DNA of 64,000 nucleotides from Patescibacteria group bacterium (GCA_018970245.1 JAGWWT010000001.1:17548-81547), one strand, 5' to 3'. Counted from the stretch's first letter, positions 1-9,788 are shown. Program-made: numbers and translations. The notes: generated by a model from the sequence alone, not told the origin.

Positions 1-938
1 GCGATGACGGTGATCTTTATCTCGTTCTTCTTGAGCTTGTCGTCGCGGACCGTGCCGAAGATGATCTTGGCTTCCGGATCGATCGACTCGGTGATGACCT
101 TGGCGGCATCCTGGATCTCGAACATGGTCAGGTCTTCGCCGCCGGCGATCGAGAAGAGGACGCCCTTGGCTCCGGCGATCGAGACGTCGAGGAGCGGCGA
201 GTTGATGGCGGCTTTGGCGGCTTCGATGGCGCGATTCTCGCCAGAGGCCATGCCGATGCCCATCAGCGCCGAGCCCGCGTTCTCCATGACCGTCCTTATG
301 TCGGCGAAGTCTATGTTGATGAGCCCGGGGGTCGTGATGAGGTCAGAGATGCCCTCGACGGCCTGGCGGAGTATCTCATCGCACATGGCGAAGGCGTTCT
401 TGACGGTCGTGTCTTTATTTATGGCGGAGAGAAGGCGGTCGTTCGGTACGACTATGATGGCGTCGACTTCTTTGCGAAGGTCCTCGAGAGCGGCATCAGC
501 GATCCTCGAGCGCTGGCGCCCTTCGAAATAGAAGGGCTTGGTGCAGACCGCGACCGTGAGGCAGCCGAGCTCCTTGGCGGTGCGGGCCACCGTGGCGCTC
601 GCGCCGCTGAAAGTCCCGCCTCCCAAACCGCCGGCGACAAAAACCATGTCGGCGCCTTTCACGGATTCCTGGATCTCTTCCTTTGTCTCCTCGGCAGCGC
701 GGCGTCCGAGGTCCGGATTCATGCCGGTCCCGAGCCCGCGGGTCAGATTCTTGCCGATATTGATCTTTTTCTTTGCCTGAGAGCGATGCAGGTCCTGCGC
801 ATCGGTATTGACGACGATGAAGTCGACTCCGCGCACCTTGCAGCTGATCATGTGGTTGACGGCATTGCCGCCGGAACCGCCTACTCCCAGGACTTTTATG
901 CGCGCGAATGCTTCTATATCTGGTGTGATGTTGGGCAT
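1..938 (-). CDS. ftsZ: Cell division GTPase FtsZ (3' end runs off the window)
   Basis: Manual translation from ATG at 938: MPNITPDIEAFARIKVLGVGGSGGNAVNHM...VNTDAQDL...TRGLGTGMNP...AGGLGGGTFSGAS. Absent from the ORF track because it has no stop in the window. Confidence 0.97.
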   Translation of the reverse strand, partial: MPNITPDIEAFARIKVLGVGGSGGNAVNHMISCKVRGVDFIVVNTDAQDLHRSQAKKKINIGKNLTRGLGTGMNPDLGRRAAEETKEEIQESVKGADMVFVAGGLGGGTFSGASATVARTAKELGCLTVAVCTKPFYFEGRQRSRIADAALEDLRKEVDAIIVVPNDRLLSAINKDTTVKNAFAMCDEILRQAVEGISDLITTPGLINIDFADIRTVMENAGSALMGIGMASGENRAIEAAKAAINSPLLDVSIAGAKGVLFSIAGGEDLTMFEIQDAAKVITESIDPEAKIIFGTVRDDKLKKNEIKITVI

Positions 939-1093
939 GAATGGGTACGTACGCCGATCGAAAGGCTTCGTAATGCGTATATTACCACAGGCCTTTTAGG
1001 ATACAAGCAGAATCGCCTTAGCCGAAAAATACAAATCAAAAAGATGGAATAGGCAAGTCAGTTCACGGAGACGCCCGTCGGTTGAGCGGTCTT

Positions 1094-1642
1094 TCACCGG
1101 CTGACCAAGAGCCAAATGGCCGCCAGCGTCACCAGGATCTCGGCGTATGAAGTGAGATTCTTGAAATAGGCCTTGGAGATGAATTCCCAATAATAGGCGA
1201 TGGAGCCGCGTCGGTGCGCGCTCTCGCTCTCTGGCGGATACCGGAGCGCGTAGCTCCTATCCGAGAATGGCCAGAGCCAGCGCACGCCGTACTCGATCGA
1301 GTCGAAAAGCAGATGCGACCATGAGCCGGCCAAGATGACAGCGCTCAGAGTCAGGATGAACGCTGAAGAAGCCGCCAAGCCGATGAGCGCGGCTGCCGCC
1401 GATACGGCCAGCCAGAATATAGGCGTGTGAGTGACATATGATCGGTGCTGCTTCTTGGCGGTCTTCGATCCTATGAGATGCGTGAAGGAGAATATGGCTA
1501 CGTCGATATCGGGCAGGTCGCCGGATATGGTCCCTAAGATGAGCATCCACGTCGATTGCGAAGCTGTGAGGGCTGGATGGAAGATGGCGAGCACGGCCCT
1601 CGTCGCCAAGTATCCTCCAGCTAGATGTCCGGGCAGAACCAT
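1094..1642 (-). CDS. Membrane-associated metal-dependent hydrolase (YdjM-like)
   Basis: Motifs GH..., LPDID, HRSYVTH, SHLLFD, GVRWLWPF. Confidence 0.75.
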   Translation of the reverse strand: MVLPGHLAGGYLATRAVLAIFHPALTASQSTWMLILGTISGDLPDIDVAIFSFTHLIGSKTAKKQHRSYVTHTPIFWLAVSAAAALIGLAASSAFILTLSAVILAGSWSHLLFDSIEYGVRWLWPFSDRSYALRYPPESESAHRRGSIAYYWEFISKAYFKNLTSYAEILVTLAAIWLLVSR

Positions 1643-1651
1643 AGCTCTATA

Positions 1652-2833
1652 TTATGGAAGGAATTGCTTGAACCAGCGGCCGGCTTTCTTCGTGAGCTGG
1701 CGCAAGACCTGGCTGGAAGTGTCGATCTCCGGGCCCTCTTCTGCATGGGCGCCCCAGATGCACAGGCCGTATCCTACGGCCCAGGTGCTGTCCTTGAATG
1801 TCGAGCTGCCGTTCGGGATCGCCAGAGAACCGATGCGCGAAGGCAGCTTGAGGGAGGCTTTGGCCATATCCTCTATAGAATTCAATCCAGCCCCGCCTCC
1901 GGTTATGACTATGCCCGCCGGCAGCAATCCGTTCCGGCCGATCTTCTTGAGGTGGGCTTCGATGAGCTCGAATATGTCTGAAAGCCTGGCCGAGACGATC
2001 TCCTCGAGCTTCTTGCGCGGATAGGAGCTCCCGGTGATCGCGCCGATCTTGATCTGCTCGGCCTCTTCCAGCGGGACCTTCAAACCCAGCGCGATGTCGT
2101 TGGTGATGTCGGTCGAGCCTATCGGGAACACCTCGAGCGAGCTCGGGATGCCGTTCTCGAAGACCGCGATAGACACGGTCTCGGCGCCGATATTGGCCAG
2201 CACGCAGCCGGCGACCTTCTGCGATTTGCTGAGGGTCACGAATCCGGCGGCTATCGGAGCGGCCATGACGTCTTCGACTTCGATGCCGGCCTCGTTCACC
2301 GCGGCTATGAGGTCGGCCACATGGTGTTCCAGGCAGGTTATGAAGAGCATCTTCTGCTCTATCTTGTTGCCTTTCATGCCCTCTGGCGAGCCCAGGGACG
2401 GCATCCCGTCTATCTTGTACTGGAGAGGTATCTCGTATATGACGCGGCGATTGGCGGAAAGGGAATGGGGGATGTCTGCCTCGCACTGCTCTTCGAGCTT
2501 CTTAAGGTCGAGCGCCGTGATCTCCGCGTCCGCCCTGGAAGTCATGACGAAAGAATTTACAGTGGTGGCCGAAAGCCCGATGCCAGAGATGCCCACGAAA
2601 GCCTTCTTTATCTTCATGCCAGCCTTCTCCTCGGCGATCGAGACCGCCTGCCTGATGCTGTCGGCGACATCGCGTATGTTCGTGACGTACCCGTGCCGGA
2701 GGCCTCGCGATTCGGCCATGCCTGCCGCTATGACCCGCGGAAGGCCATGCTCAGAGCGTTCGCGCATGCTGGCGACGACCACCTTCACATGATAGGTGCC
2801 GACGTCGATGCCTGTGATGATGTTTCGAGACAT
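1652..2833 (-). CDS. ftsA: Cell division protein FtsA
   Basis: GIDVGT, SRGLRHG, NIGAETV, ITNDIA, IVITGGGA; upstream of ftsZ. Confidence 0.96.
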   Translation of the reverse strand: MSRNIITGIDVGTYHVKVVVASMRERSEHGLPRVIAAGMAESRGLRHGYVTNIRDVADSIRQAVSIAEEKAGMKIKKAFVGISGIGLSATTVNSFVMTSRADAEITALDLKKLEEQCEADIPHSLSANRRVIYEIPLQYKIDGMPSLGSPEGMKGNKIEQKMLFITCLEHHVADLIAAVNEAGIEVEDVMAAPIAAGFVTLSKSQKVAGCVLANIGAETVSIAVFENGIPSSLEVFPIGSTDITNDIALGLKVPLEEAEQIKIGAITGSSYPRKKLEEIVSARLSDIFELIEAHLKKIGRNGLLPAGIVITGGGAGLNSIEDMAKASLKLPSRIGSLAIPNGSSTFKDSTWAVGYGLCIWGAHAEEGPEIDTSSQVLRQLTKKAGRWFKQFLP

Positions 2834-2835
2834 TG

Positions 2836-3222
2836 CTAGATCTTGAATCTCCTCCTATACCGCTCCTCAAGCTTTTCCATTCTACTGCCATGGTCGTATC
2901 CTTTCAAATGCACGCATCCGTGGATAAAGAGAAAGGCGATGAAATTCCCGTAAGGTCGGCCGAACTTCTTGGCTTCTTTGCGGGCTTCGGTCGGGCAGAG
3001 ATAGATCTCGCCCTCTCCATCGGACAAGGGGAAGCTCAATATGTCCGTCGGCTTGGTCTTGTCGCGGTATATGGTGTTCAAGGCCTTCATCCTGGCGGGT
3101 GCGGCGACAATGGTGTTCAGGCGGTAGGCCTTGCCGAGGATGGCCTCCTTGATGGCGCGAAAAGCCACGCGTGGGAGCGTGGCCTTGGTCTCGTTGATGA
3201 GCGCGAATCTGCTTGCAGCCAT
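2836..3222 (-). CDS. ybeY: rRNA maturation endoribonuclease YbeY
   Basis: LNTIYRDK.KPTDILSF and HGCVHLKGYDH (HxxxHxxGxDH). Confidence 0.95.
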   Translation of the reverse strand: MAASRFALINETKATLPRVAFRAIKEAILGKAYRLNTIVAAPARMKALNTIYRDKTKPTDILSFPLSDGEGEIYLCPTEARKEAKKFGRPYGNFIAFLFIHGCVHLKGYDHGSRMEKLEERYRRRFKI

Positions 3223-3229
3223 CTGTTAT

Positions 3230-3481
3230 TTATCTCCTAGGCCCGCGTTCCGGCTTGACCGGGGCTTTGCCGAGCTTGATGAGCTCAGCCATGTGCTCGC
3301 GGCGGCGGATGAGGGTCAGAGCGCGCTGCTTGACCTTGTAATGAGATTGGACGCGAGTCGAGGAGCGCAGGCTGCGGACGCGCGGGATGATGCCCGAGCC
3401 CTGGACCTTCCTGCTGAACCGGCGGACGATGCTCATAGCGTTCTCCCCGGGATTCCTGGTTATTTCTACGTTTATTGCCAT
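3230..3481 (-). CDS. rpsU: Probable 30S ribosomal protein bS21-like protein
   Basis: Small basic protein with V...GE...S.VRRF.RKVQ.SG pattern typical of S21. Confidence 0.6.
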   Translation of the reverse strand: MAINVEITRNPGENAMSIVRRFSRKVQGSGIIPRVRSLRSSTRVQSHYKVKQRALTLIRRREHMAELIKLGKAPVKPERGPRR

Positions 3482-3543
3482 AGAGCGCTCACTTTAACAT
3501 ATGAGGAGATAATGAGCAAATGCGGACCGCCGCATCCAGATGA

Positions 3544-4761
3544 TCATTTCTTGAAATACTGGTCCTCGATCTTCTTCATGTACTTGGGCAGATCGGAGAG
3601 AGGGACGATGTCCTGAGAATGCGTGTCTGTTCGGCGGACGATGACGGTGCGGTCGACGGCCTCTTTCTTGCCCATGACTATGATATACGGGGTGTGGTAT
3701 TTCTCTATGCTCGATACCTGTGCTCCGAGGCGATCCTTGGCCAGCGAGACATAGAGGGGTATCTTGACCTGCCGCAAAGCCTCTATGACCTGGAGGGAGA
3801 GCAGCTTCGACTCGAGGCCGAGCTGTATGAAGGAGGCGATCGGACGCTTGAGCTTGGTGAGCGGCTTGCGCAAGCCGGACTTGTTCTCCTTGATGAGGAG
3901 CGAGAGGCCGACGCCCTGGATGTCGCGCTTCATGTTCAGGCGCTTGGAAAGCCCGTTGTACCTGGCTCCTACGGCGAGGATGTGTTGGGAGCCCTTCTGG
4001 CTGTCATCGGCGTTGACTATGGAGAAGACTGTCTCGGTGCAGTACTTGCGGTTGCCGATCAGGCCGTTGTTGATCCGGTAGGGGATCTCGAGTGTCTCCA
4101 GGTACTCCAAGATCTCCTCGAGATGGCGGCGGCTGGTCTCGGACAGGAAGTCCATGGCCCGCGGCGCGCCGGCGTTGAGCTCACGGCATGAATCGTCGTG
4201 GCTTGACAGGAGCTCGAATGGATCCGTCTTGAAGAGCTGGCGGCATTCCGGCGTCATGTCGTTTATGTTCTTGCGGTAGTAGGCTGTCAGCTCCTTGACG
4301 AAGCGGACGATCGAATCGTGGTCGCCGATCGAGTTGATCTCGACCATAGTGTTCTCATAGCCCTCGGCGGCGAGCATGGCCCGGCCGGTCTGGATGAGCG
4401 CCGCTTCGGCGATCGGTCCCGAGGCGCCCAGGATCTCGAGGTCGGCATAGCGATGATAGTGGCTGCGCTTGGAGTTGCGGCAGGGATCTTTGTAGTAGAG
4501 CATCACCGGCTGCGGCAGAGCGTGCATGTTCTCGCTATGATAGGCGCGGATGATGGATATCTTCTCCTCGGCATGGAGCGGCAAGCGGCCGTGGCTCTCC
4601 GTCTCGTCATCTATGTAGTCTCCGTCGAGGAGGCCCTTGGCGGCATCGAGGTCTGCTTTGGAGATGGCCGGGCTCTTCATGGGCGCGAATCCGTAATACA
4701 CGGCGATCTCGCCTATCTTGTCCAGGTGCTCGAAGGGGATGAACTTCGGTTGATTGGCCAT
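3544..4761 (-). CDS. Divergent histidyl-tRNA synthetase-like protein (class II aaRS fold plus HGTP anticodon-binding domain)
   Basis: HisRS-like layout (YGF...SP; NSIGD; YRINNGLIG..KYCTETVF; GARYNGL; IIVMGKKE) with degenerate catalytic motifs. Confidence 0.75.
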   Translation of the reverse strand: MANQPKFIPFEHLDKIGEIAVYYGFAPMKSPAISKADLDAAKGLLDGDYIDDETESHGRLPLHAEEKISIIRAYHSENMHALPQPVMLYYKDPCRNSKRSHYHRYADLEILGASGPIAEAALIQTGRAMLAAEGYENTMVEINSIGDHDSIVRFVKELTAYYRKNINDMTPECRQLFKTDPFELLSSHDDSCRELNAGAPRAMDFLSETSRRHLEEILEYLETLEIPYRINNGLIGNRKYCTETVFSIVNADDSQKGSQHILAVGARYNGLSKRLNMKRDIQGVGLSLLIKENKSGLRKPLTKLKRPIASFIQLGLESKLLSLQVIEALRQVKIPLYVSLAKDRLGAQVSSIEKYHTPYIIVMGKKEAVDRTVIVRRTDTHSQDIVPLSDLPKYMKKIEDQYFKK

Positions 4762-4764
4762 GGT

Positions 4765-5382
4765 TTATTTATTTGGTTGTGTATAAGCGCCCGGCAGGAT
4801 CGATATCTTGTCGAGAGGGAAGAGACGGACCACAGGCCTGCCGACGATGAGGTCTGCCGGAAGCGGTCCCCAAGCCCGCGAATCGGAGCTCTGGGCTCGG
4901 TTGTCTCCCATGACGAAATATTGCGTGGGACTGAGGGTGATATGGTAGTCGTCGTGCGAAGCGTGCGTAGGCGATACGTAGGGCTCGGAAAGGATGATCT
5001 TCGTGGCTCCTTCCGGCGATGTGGAAGCGGTCGTTATCGTGACTATGCCATTGTGTATGTCGACGGTCTCGCCAGGCAGGCCGATGATCCTCTTTATGTA
5101 ATAGATGCTGGGATTGTCGGGGAATTCGAAGACGATGACGTCATCGCGCTTGGGCGGCTCGAAACGATATGTCAGCCGGTCGACTATCAGGAATTGCCCG
5201 GTAGAGAATGTCGGATCCATGGATGCGCCGTTCACGATGAACGGCTCGGCCACGAAGAATCGTATCGGCAGCGAGATGATGAGGGCGATGATGATGACCT
5301 GGACCCATTCTCGGACTGTTCGCCAGAAACCGGGCTTGTTATCCTTTTCGGATCCTTCTTGGATGGGTGCGCCGGCCTCCAT
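4765..5382 (-). CDS. lepB: Signal peptidase I
   Basis: GASMDPTF, YIKRIIGLPGE, YFVMGDNR..SSDSR. Confidence 0.96.
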   Translation of the reverse strand: MEAGAPIQEGSEKDNKPGFWRTVREWVQVIIIALIISLPIRFFVAEPFIVNGASMDPTFSTGQFLIVDRLTYRFEPPKRDDVIVFEFPDNPSIYYIKRIIGLPGETVDIHNGIVTITTASTSPEGATKIILSEPYVSPTHASHDDYHITLSPTQYFVMGDNRAQSSDSRAWGPLPADLIVGRPVVRLFPLDKISILPGAYTQPNK

Positions 5383-5442
5383 AATGCGGCTATTTTACTC
5401 TCTAATATCGAACAGCACAAGTTTTTGTGATAATATCGCGGC

Positions 5443-6039
5443 ATGAGATACATCATAGTAGGGCTGGGGAATCCCGGCGAAGGATACGAGAGCACGCGCC
5501 ACAATGCCGGACGCATCATCCTCGACGCGATCCGGAAGGAATTCTCGAAAGGCGAGTTCGAGTTCGACAAGAAGTTGAACGCGCTCGTCGCCGAGGCCAA
5601 GATCGGAAAGGAGAAAGTCGCTCTGATCGCACCCGAGACATTCATGAACAATTCAGGGAAAGCCGTCGCGCCTCTAGTGAAGAGCAAGAAGGCCGCAGAA
5701 GGGCTCGTCGTCATCTATGACGACTTCAATCTGCCTCTCGGCCGCATGAAGATCTCCTTCAACCGCAGCTCAGGCGGGCATAACGGCCTGGAATCCGTCA
5801 TCAAGGCAGTGAAGACCGAGGCCTTCGCGCGCATCCGCATCGGCACCGCTCCGGCGAACGCTAAGGGCGAAGCGAAGACGCCGCACGGCGACGACAAGAT
5901 AGAGAAGTTCATCCTCGGCCGATTCAAGGACGAAGAGCTGAAAGCCTTGAAAAAGGTCTCTAAGTCGGCCGCAGAAGCAGCAGAGATGCTGATCAAGGAG
6001 GGCAGAGAAAAAGCCATGAGCTTATACAACGCGGCCTGA
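5443..6039 (+). CDS. pth: Peptidyl-tRNA hydrolase
   Basis: GLGNPG..Y..TRHNAG, PETFMNNSG, GGHNGL. Confidence 0.97.
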   Translation: MRYIIVGLGNPGEGYESTRHNAGRIILDAIRKEFSKGEFEFDKKLNALVAEAKIGKEKVALIAPETFMNNSGKAVAPLVKSKKAAEGLVVIYDDFNLPLGRMKISFNRSSGGHNGLESVIKAVKTEAFARIRIGTAPANAKGEAKTPHGDDKIEKFILGRFKDEELKALKKVSKSAAEAAEMLIKEGREKAMSLYNAA

Positions 6040-6040
6040 C

Positions 6041-6084
6041 TTATCCACAAGAACGGCCCGGAGCAGTCTGCGGGCTGATATAAT
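6041..6084 (+). promoter_or_regulatory. DnaA box (TTATCCACA, 6041-6049) and -10 element (TATAAT, 6079-6084)
   Basis: Exact consensus matches upstream of ORF 6111. Confidence 0.55.
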
Positions 6085-6110
6085 TACAGGAAAGAGCGCA
6101 AGCTCTCACG

Positions 6111-6446
6111 ATGGCGCCAGCAGAAAACAATTTCTTGGCACTGCCGAAGCCGCACGAGCATGTTTCGCGGCTTTTGGTCCTGACCATCATCATGGGCACG
6201 ATCGTGCTCCTTTTGTGGCTGGGGGCGGTGATATGGAGCACCTCGAACGCGCCGCAAGCGTCAGCGCCGGCACCGGTCAAGAGCATGGCAGAACAGATCA
6301 CGGAACAGCTATCCAATGCGCCCGTAGCCGCTGTCCAGCCTCAGACTGTGAAAAACATCACGGCCCAGCTCGACAAGGCTAAAGCAAATCCTCTGACTTC
6401 CAGCCAAAAAGCAGCGATAACCAAACAATTATCAGCTCCTTATTAG
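6111..6446 (+). CDS. Hypothetical single-pass membrane protein
   Basis: One hydrophobic helix followed by an Ala/Gln-rich tail. Confidence 0.7.
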   Translation: MAPAENNFLALPKPHEHVSRLLVLTIIMGTIVLLLWLGAVIWSTSNAPQASAPAPVKSMAEQITEQLSNAPVAAVQPQTVKNITAQLDKAKANPLTSSQKAAITKQLSAPY

Positions 6447-6465
6447 ATAATCATATAAGCAAATC

Positions 6466-7125
6466 ATGAAGAACAGATCTCTAGTCAACAGGGTAGCGGC
6501 TCTCACCGGCATCCTCCTCGGAGCGTTCGCCCTCTCGGCTCTGGCAAATTGGACGGCGCCTTTGAATCCTCCCCCGACCTGCATCTCGGGCGATCCGGGC
6601 TGCGACGCGCCGATAAATGTCGGTCCTGTAGCGCAATACAAAGTCGGTCCTGGAGGCATAGGCATCGGCGCTTCCAGTGGAATGGACGCCGGCACCCTCC
6701 TCGACGTATTCGGTACGGCTGTCGCCCAGGACTTCTGGACGAATACATTGCATGTCAAAGGCTCGGCCCAGACGCTCGGCAAAGGCTACGTCCTCACGGA
6801 TGTTAATGGAGATGGCAACGCGACCTGGCAGCCTTCGACCGGCGGCTCTGGCAGCAGCACGAGCGGTGTCACGAGCATAAAGTCTGGAAGCACCGACAAC
6901 ATCACGGTCTCGCCGACGACAGGGAACGTCGTCATCTCAGCGCACGGAACGGTGGGAGGAGGATGCTATCAGGATGGCGGAACTAAGACGTGGGGAAATG
7001 CATCAACTAATTCGCTCGGGTCATGCATTTGCCCAAGCCAATATACGGCTCAAAAAATCAGCGGAGGACAAGTCATAGGAACGTCCGGAACTATAGCAGC
7101 TAGCTATCTTTGCCTCCGTAATTAA
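6466..7125 (+). CDS. Secreted surface protein / putative adhesin
   Basis: Signal peptide, WTAP..PP..DAPINVG N-terminal motif, VLTD..G.ATWQ spacer, Cys-containing C-terminal domain. Confidence 0.7.
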   Translation: MKNRSLVNRVAALTGILLGAFALSALANWTAPLNPPPTCISGDPGCDAPINVGPVAQYKVGPGGIGIGASSGMDAGTLLDVFGTAVAQDFWTNTLHVKGSAQTLGKGYVLTDVNGDGNATWQPSTGGSGSSTSGVTSIKSGSTDNITVSPTTGNVVISAHGTVGGGCYQDGGTKTWGNASTNSLGSCICPSQYTAQKISGGQVIGTSGTIAASYLCLRN

Positions 7126-7157
7126 AACAGCCCTGCCTTGATGGTGGGCCTGTTTTA
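7123..7157. terminator. Probable bidirectional terminator hairpin
   Basis: TAAAACAG-CCC...GGG-CCTGTTTTA inverted repeat between convergent genes. Confidence 0.5.
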
Positions 7158-7177
7158 ATTATATCGGATCGGCGATT

Positions 7178-8422
7178 TTATGCCTTCATCTCGCCGCCGA
7201 ATGAGAGCGCCATCTTCTGATCTTTTGGATCGAAGAGGGTGATTTTGAACGGATAGGTCTTGCCGAGCTCGAGGGCCTTGCGGAGCTTCTCTTCCGAGCC
7301 GAATTCTGAGACGTGGACCAAGCCAGCCACGCCTTCCTCGATGGAAGCGAGCGCGCCATGCTTGTTGAACTTGATGATGACGCCGGTGACGGACATGTCC
7401 TTCTTGTACTTCTTGGCCGCTTCGATCCACGGATTCGGACGCAGCTGCTTGAGCGATAGGGAGATCTTGCCATCCTTGATCTCTATGATCTTGGCTTTGA
7501 TGCGCTGGCCGGTCTTCACGAAGTTGCGTGGATTGTCGACGAGGCCCCAGTCGATCTCTGATATGTGGACGAGGCCTTCTAGGCCTTCCTCGAGCTTGAT
7601 GAAGACGCCGAAGTCGACTACGCCGGTGACGGTGCCTTCGACTTCGTCTCCGATCTCGTACTTGCTGACGATCTTCTCTTTCTCAGTCGATTCAGATCCC
7701 TTCTCGGAGAAGATGAGCTTGCCTTCCTTCGGGTCGGCGGTGATTATCGAGACTTGCAGGCGAGTGCCGACGAGCTTCTTGAGCTCATCAAGGATCTTGT
7801 CCTTGTCGCCGTCGGTGATGCGGGGGTAGTGCTCGGCCTTGAGCTGGGAAGCAGGCAAGAATCCGGTGATGCCTTGCCATTCGATGAGGAGGCCGCCCTT
7901 GTTGGCTTCCTTGACCGGAAGGTCGAGGACCTTCTTCTCTCTGATGGCAGATTCAGCCTCGTTCCAGATGAGGGCCTGGCGGGCTTCCTTGAGGGAGAGC
8001 TCGTAATAGCCTTCCTTGTGGGCGTTGTCGACGATCTTGGCGGCGATGACGTCGCCGACGTTGATCTTCTTTATGACGTCGCGGGCCACGATGAATTCGC
8101 GGCCGTATATGATGCCTGTCCCGAATGGAGCCAAGTCGACGAAGACTGCCGATTTCTCGACGGCGATGACCGGTCCTTCGACCAGATCGCCGATGATCGG
8201 CGGATTCTTCATGCCGGAGACGAGCTTGCCCATCTCCGTCTGCATCTGAGCATCGGTTATGTCGCTATTGTCGTTCTTGGCGGTCTTCTTGGCTTCGGTC
8301 TTCGCCTCTGCCTTCGTCTCTGTTTTGGCATCGGTCTCGACCGTTTCGGGCGCTGTCGCCGTTCCTGTCTCGGTATCGGCGTCCTTGTGCCCAGTTATCG
8401 TGTCTTTAAGCTTCTTGAACAT
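7178..8422 (-). CDS. rpsA: 30S ribosomal protein S1 (four S1 domains)
   Basis: Repeated S1 motifs: GFLPASQL, FGVFI..GLEGLVHISEI, GLVHVSEF. Confidence 0.93.
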   Translation of the reverse strand: MFKKLKDTITGHKDADTETGTATAPETVETDAKTETKAEAKTEAKKTAKNDNSDITDAQMQTEMGKLVSGMKNPPIIGDLVEGPVIAVEKSAVFVDLAPFGTGIIYGREFIVARDVIKKINVGDVIAAKIVDNAHKEGYYELSLKEARQALIWNEAESAIREKKVLDLPVKEANKGGLLIEWQGITGFLPASQLKAEHYPRITDGDKDKILDELKKLVGTRLQVSIITADPKEGKLIFSEKGSESTEKEKIVSKYEIGDEVEGTVTGVVDFGVFIKLEEGLEGLVHISEIDWGLVDNPRNFVKTGQRIKAKIIEIKDGKISLSLKQLRPNPWIEAAKKYKKDMSVTGVIIKFNKHGALASIEEGVAGLVHVSEFGSEEKLRKALELGKTYPFKITLFDPKDQKMALSFGGEMKA

Positions 8423-8641
8423 TTGTTAAGGCGCGATCCGCTTTTTATATTGATAATACAGAGGCCTCGCCTCTGCTGACGATTGCGGGATTACGCGCGG
8501 TTTCTAAGAGCGAACCACGGCATATTACTGCATTATTGCCATTTTGTCCATGAAAGGCTGATCTGCGGAGTGGGCATAAAAACAACCCACCGGCGCGGCG
8601 AACCGCGAAGGTGGGTGTGTGATCCTGTGGGCTTGTCTGGA

Positions 8642-9028
8642 TCATTCGTGCCGGACCTTTCCCAGCAGGCGCTCTGCCGCTCCAAGCAGATCCTTGAGCT
8701 TGAAGGGCTTGACCAGGAAGACGTCTGCTGGCGTCTCTGCCTGATCTTGATCTGTCATGTCTCCAGACATACAGATGACCGGAATCCCAGGATCTCGCCT
8801 TTTGGCCGTCTCAGCTACGAGCTTGCCTTCGCGGCCTCGCGGGATCCGGAAATCGGTCACGACGAGGTCGAAGCGCTCGCCAGACTCGATCCGGTCGATC
8901 GCGTCAAATGCATCCGCGCACTCGACTATCTCGGGATCTTCGGCGTGGTCCAGACCGGCTAACGTGATGACGACTAGTTGCCTCACGGCTCCAATGTCGT
9001 CGACCACCAGTATTTTCGATCTTCTCAT
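8642..9028 (-). CDS. Single-domain response regulator (CheY-like)
   Basis: ILVVDD, DLVVTD..P, ICMSG, FLVKPF; start taken at MRRSK. Confidence 0.85.
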   Translation of the reverse strand: MRRSKILVVDDIGAVRQLVVITLAGLDHAEDPEIVECADAFDAIDRIESGERFDLVVTDFRIPRGREGKLVAETAKRRDPGIPVICMSGDMTDQDQAETPADVFLVKPFKLKDLLGAAERLLGKVRHE

Positions 9029-9125
9029 AGTGCCTTTCTTTGCACCGCGTGTTTCTAATATCATAGCACGACAGCATAACAAAGTCAAGCTGAAGAATGT
9101 CGCCATATCTGATAGAATCACGGCC

Positions 9126-9758
9126 ATGATCATCAATTATCTCGGCGGCGAATTCGTGAAAGTCCAATTCGGCGACACCATCCTGGCGTTCAATCCGATC
9201 TCCAAGGACTCCAAGCTCAAGACCACGAAGTTCGGCGCCGACATCGTCCTCTCTTCGATCAATCATCCGGACATGAATGGCATCGACCAGATGTCATTCG
9301 GCGAAAAGAAGCCTTTCGTCATCAGCGGACCAGGAGAGTACGAGGTCAAGGGAGTCTTCATCAAAGGCCTGGCTTCCGGATCCGGCTATGACGGCGAGAA
9401 GCGGATCAATACTATATATACGGTCGGGCTCGAAGGGATGAATATCTGCTTCCTTGGCGCGATAGATACGCCCGAGCTGTCGAAGGAAGCCGATGAGGGC
9501 ATCGACGGCGTGGACATATTGTTCGTGCCCATAGGCGGCGAAGGCGTGCTTTCACCGGCCCAAGCCTACAAGCTGGCGGTCTCGATAGGCCCGAAGATCA
9601 TCATACCGGTCCATTACGGCGACATGGGCGGCAAGGACGCGCTCAAGCAGTTCCTGAAAGAGGCGGGGGATAATCCGAAGCCCGAAGCCAAGCTGACCCT
9701 CAAGAAGAAGGACCTGGAAGGCAAGGAAGCGGACGTTGTAGTCCTAGAAAAGGAGTAG
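9126..9758 (+). CDS. MBL-fold metallo-hydrolase-like protein
   Basis: ADIVLSS..HPD.N, GPGEYEV, VDILFVPIGG, PKIIIPVHY; start at ATG 9126. Confidence 0.85.
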   Translation: MIINYLGGEFVKVQFGDTILAFNPISKDSKLKTTKFGADIVLSSINHPDMNGIDQMSFGEKKPFVISGPGEYEVKGVFIKGLASGSGYDGEKRINTIYTVGLEGMNICFLGAIDTPELSKEADEGIDGVDILFVPIGGEGVLSPAQAYKLAVSIGPKIIIPVHYGDMGGKDALKQFLKEAGDNPKPEAKLTLKKKDLEGKEADVVVLEKE

Positions 9759-9788
9759 TACAATTCAGGCATGGATGGAAATTGATCA

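Noticed and set aside
4-5430. Long antisense or alternative-frame ORFs (e.g. 4-531, 2034-2792, 4318-5430, also 30560-31729)
   Set aside because: They are shadows of well-supported genes, caused by high GC3 codon bias, and show no recognisable motifs.
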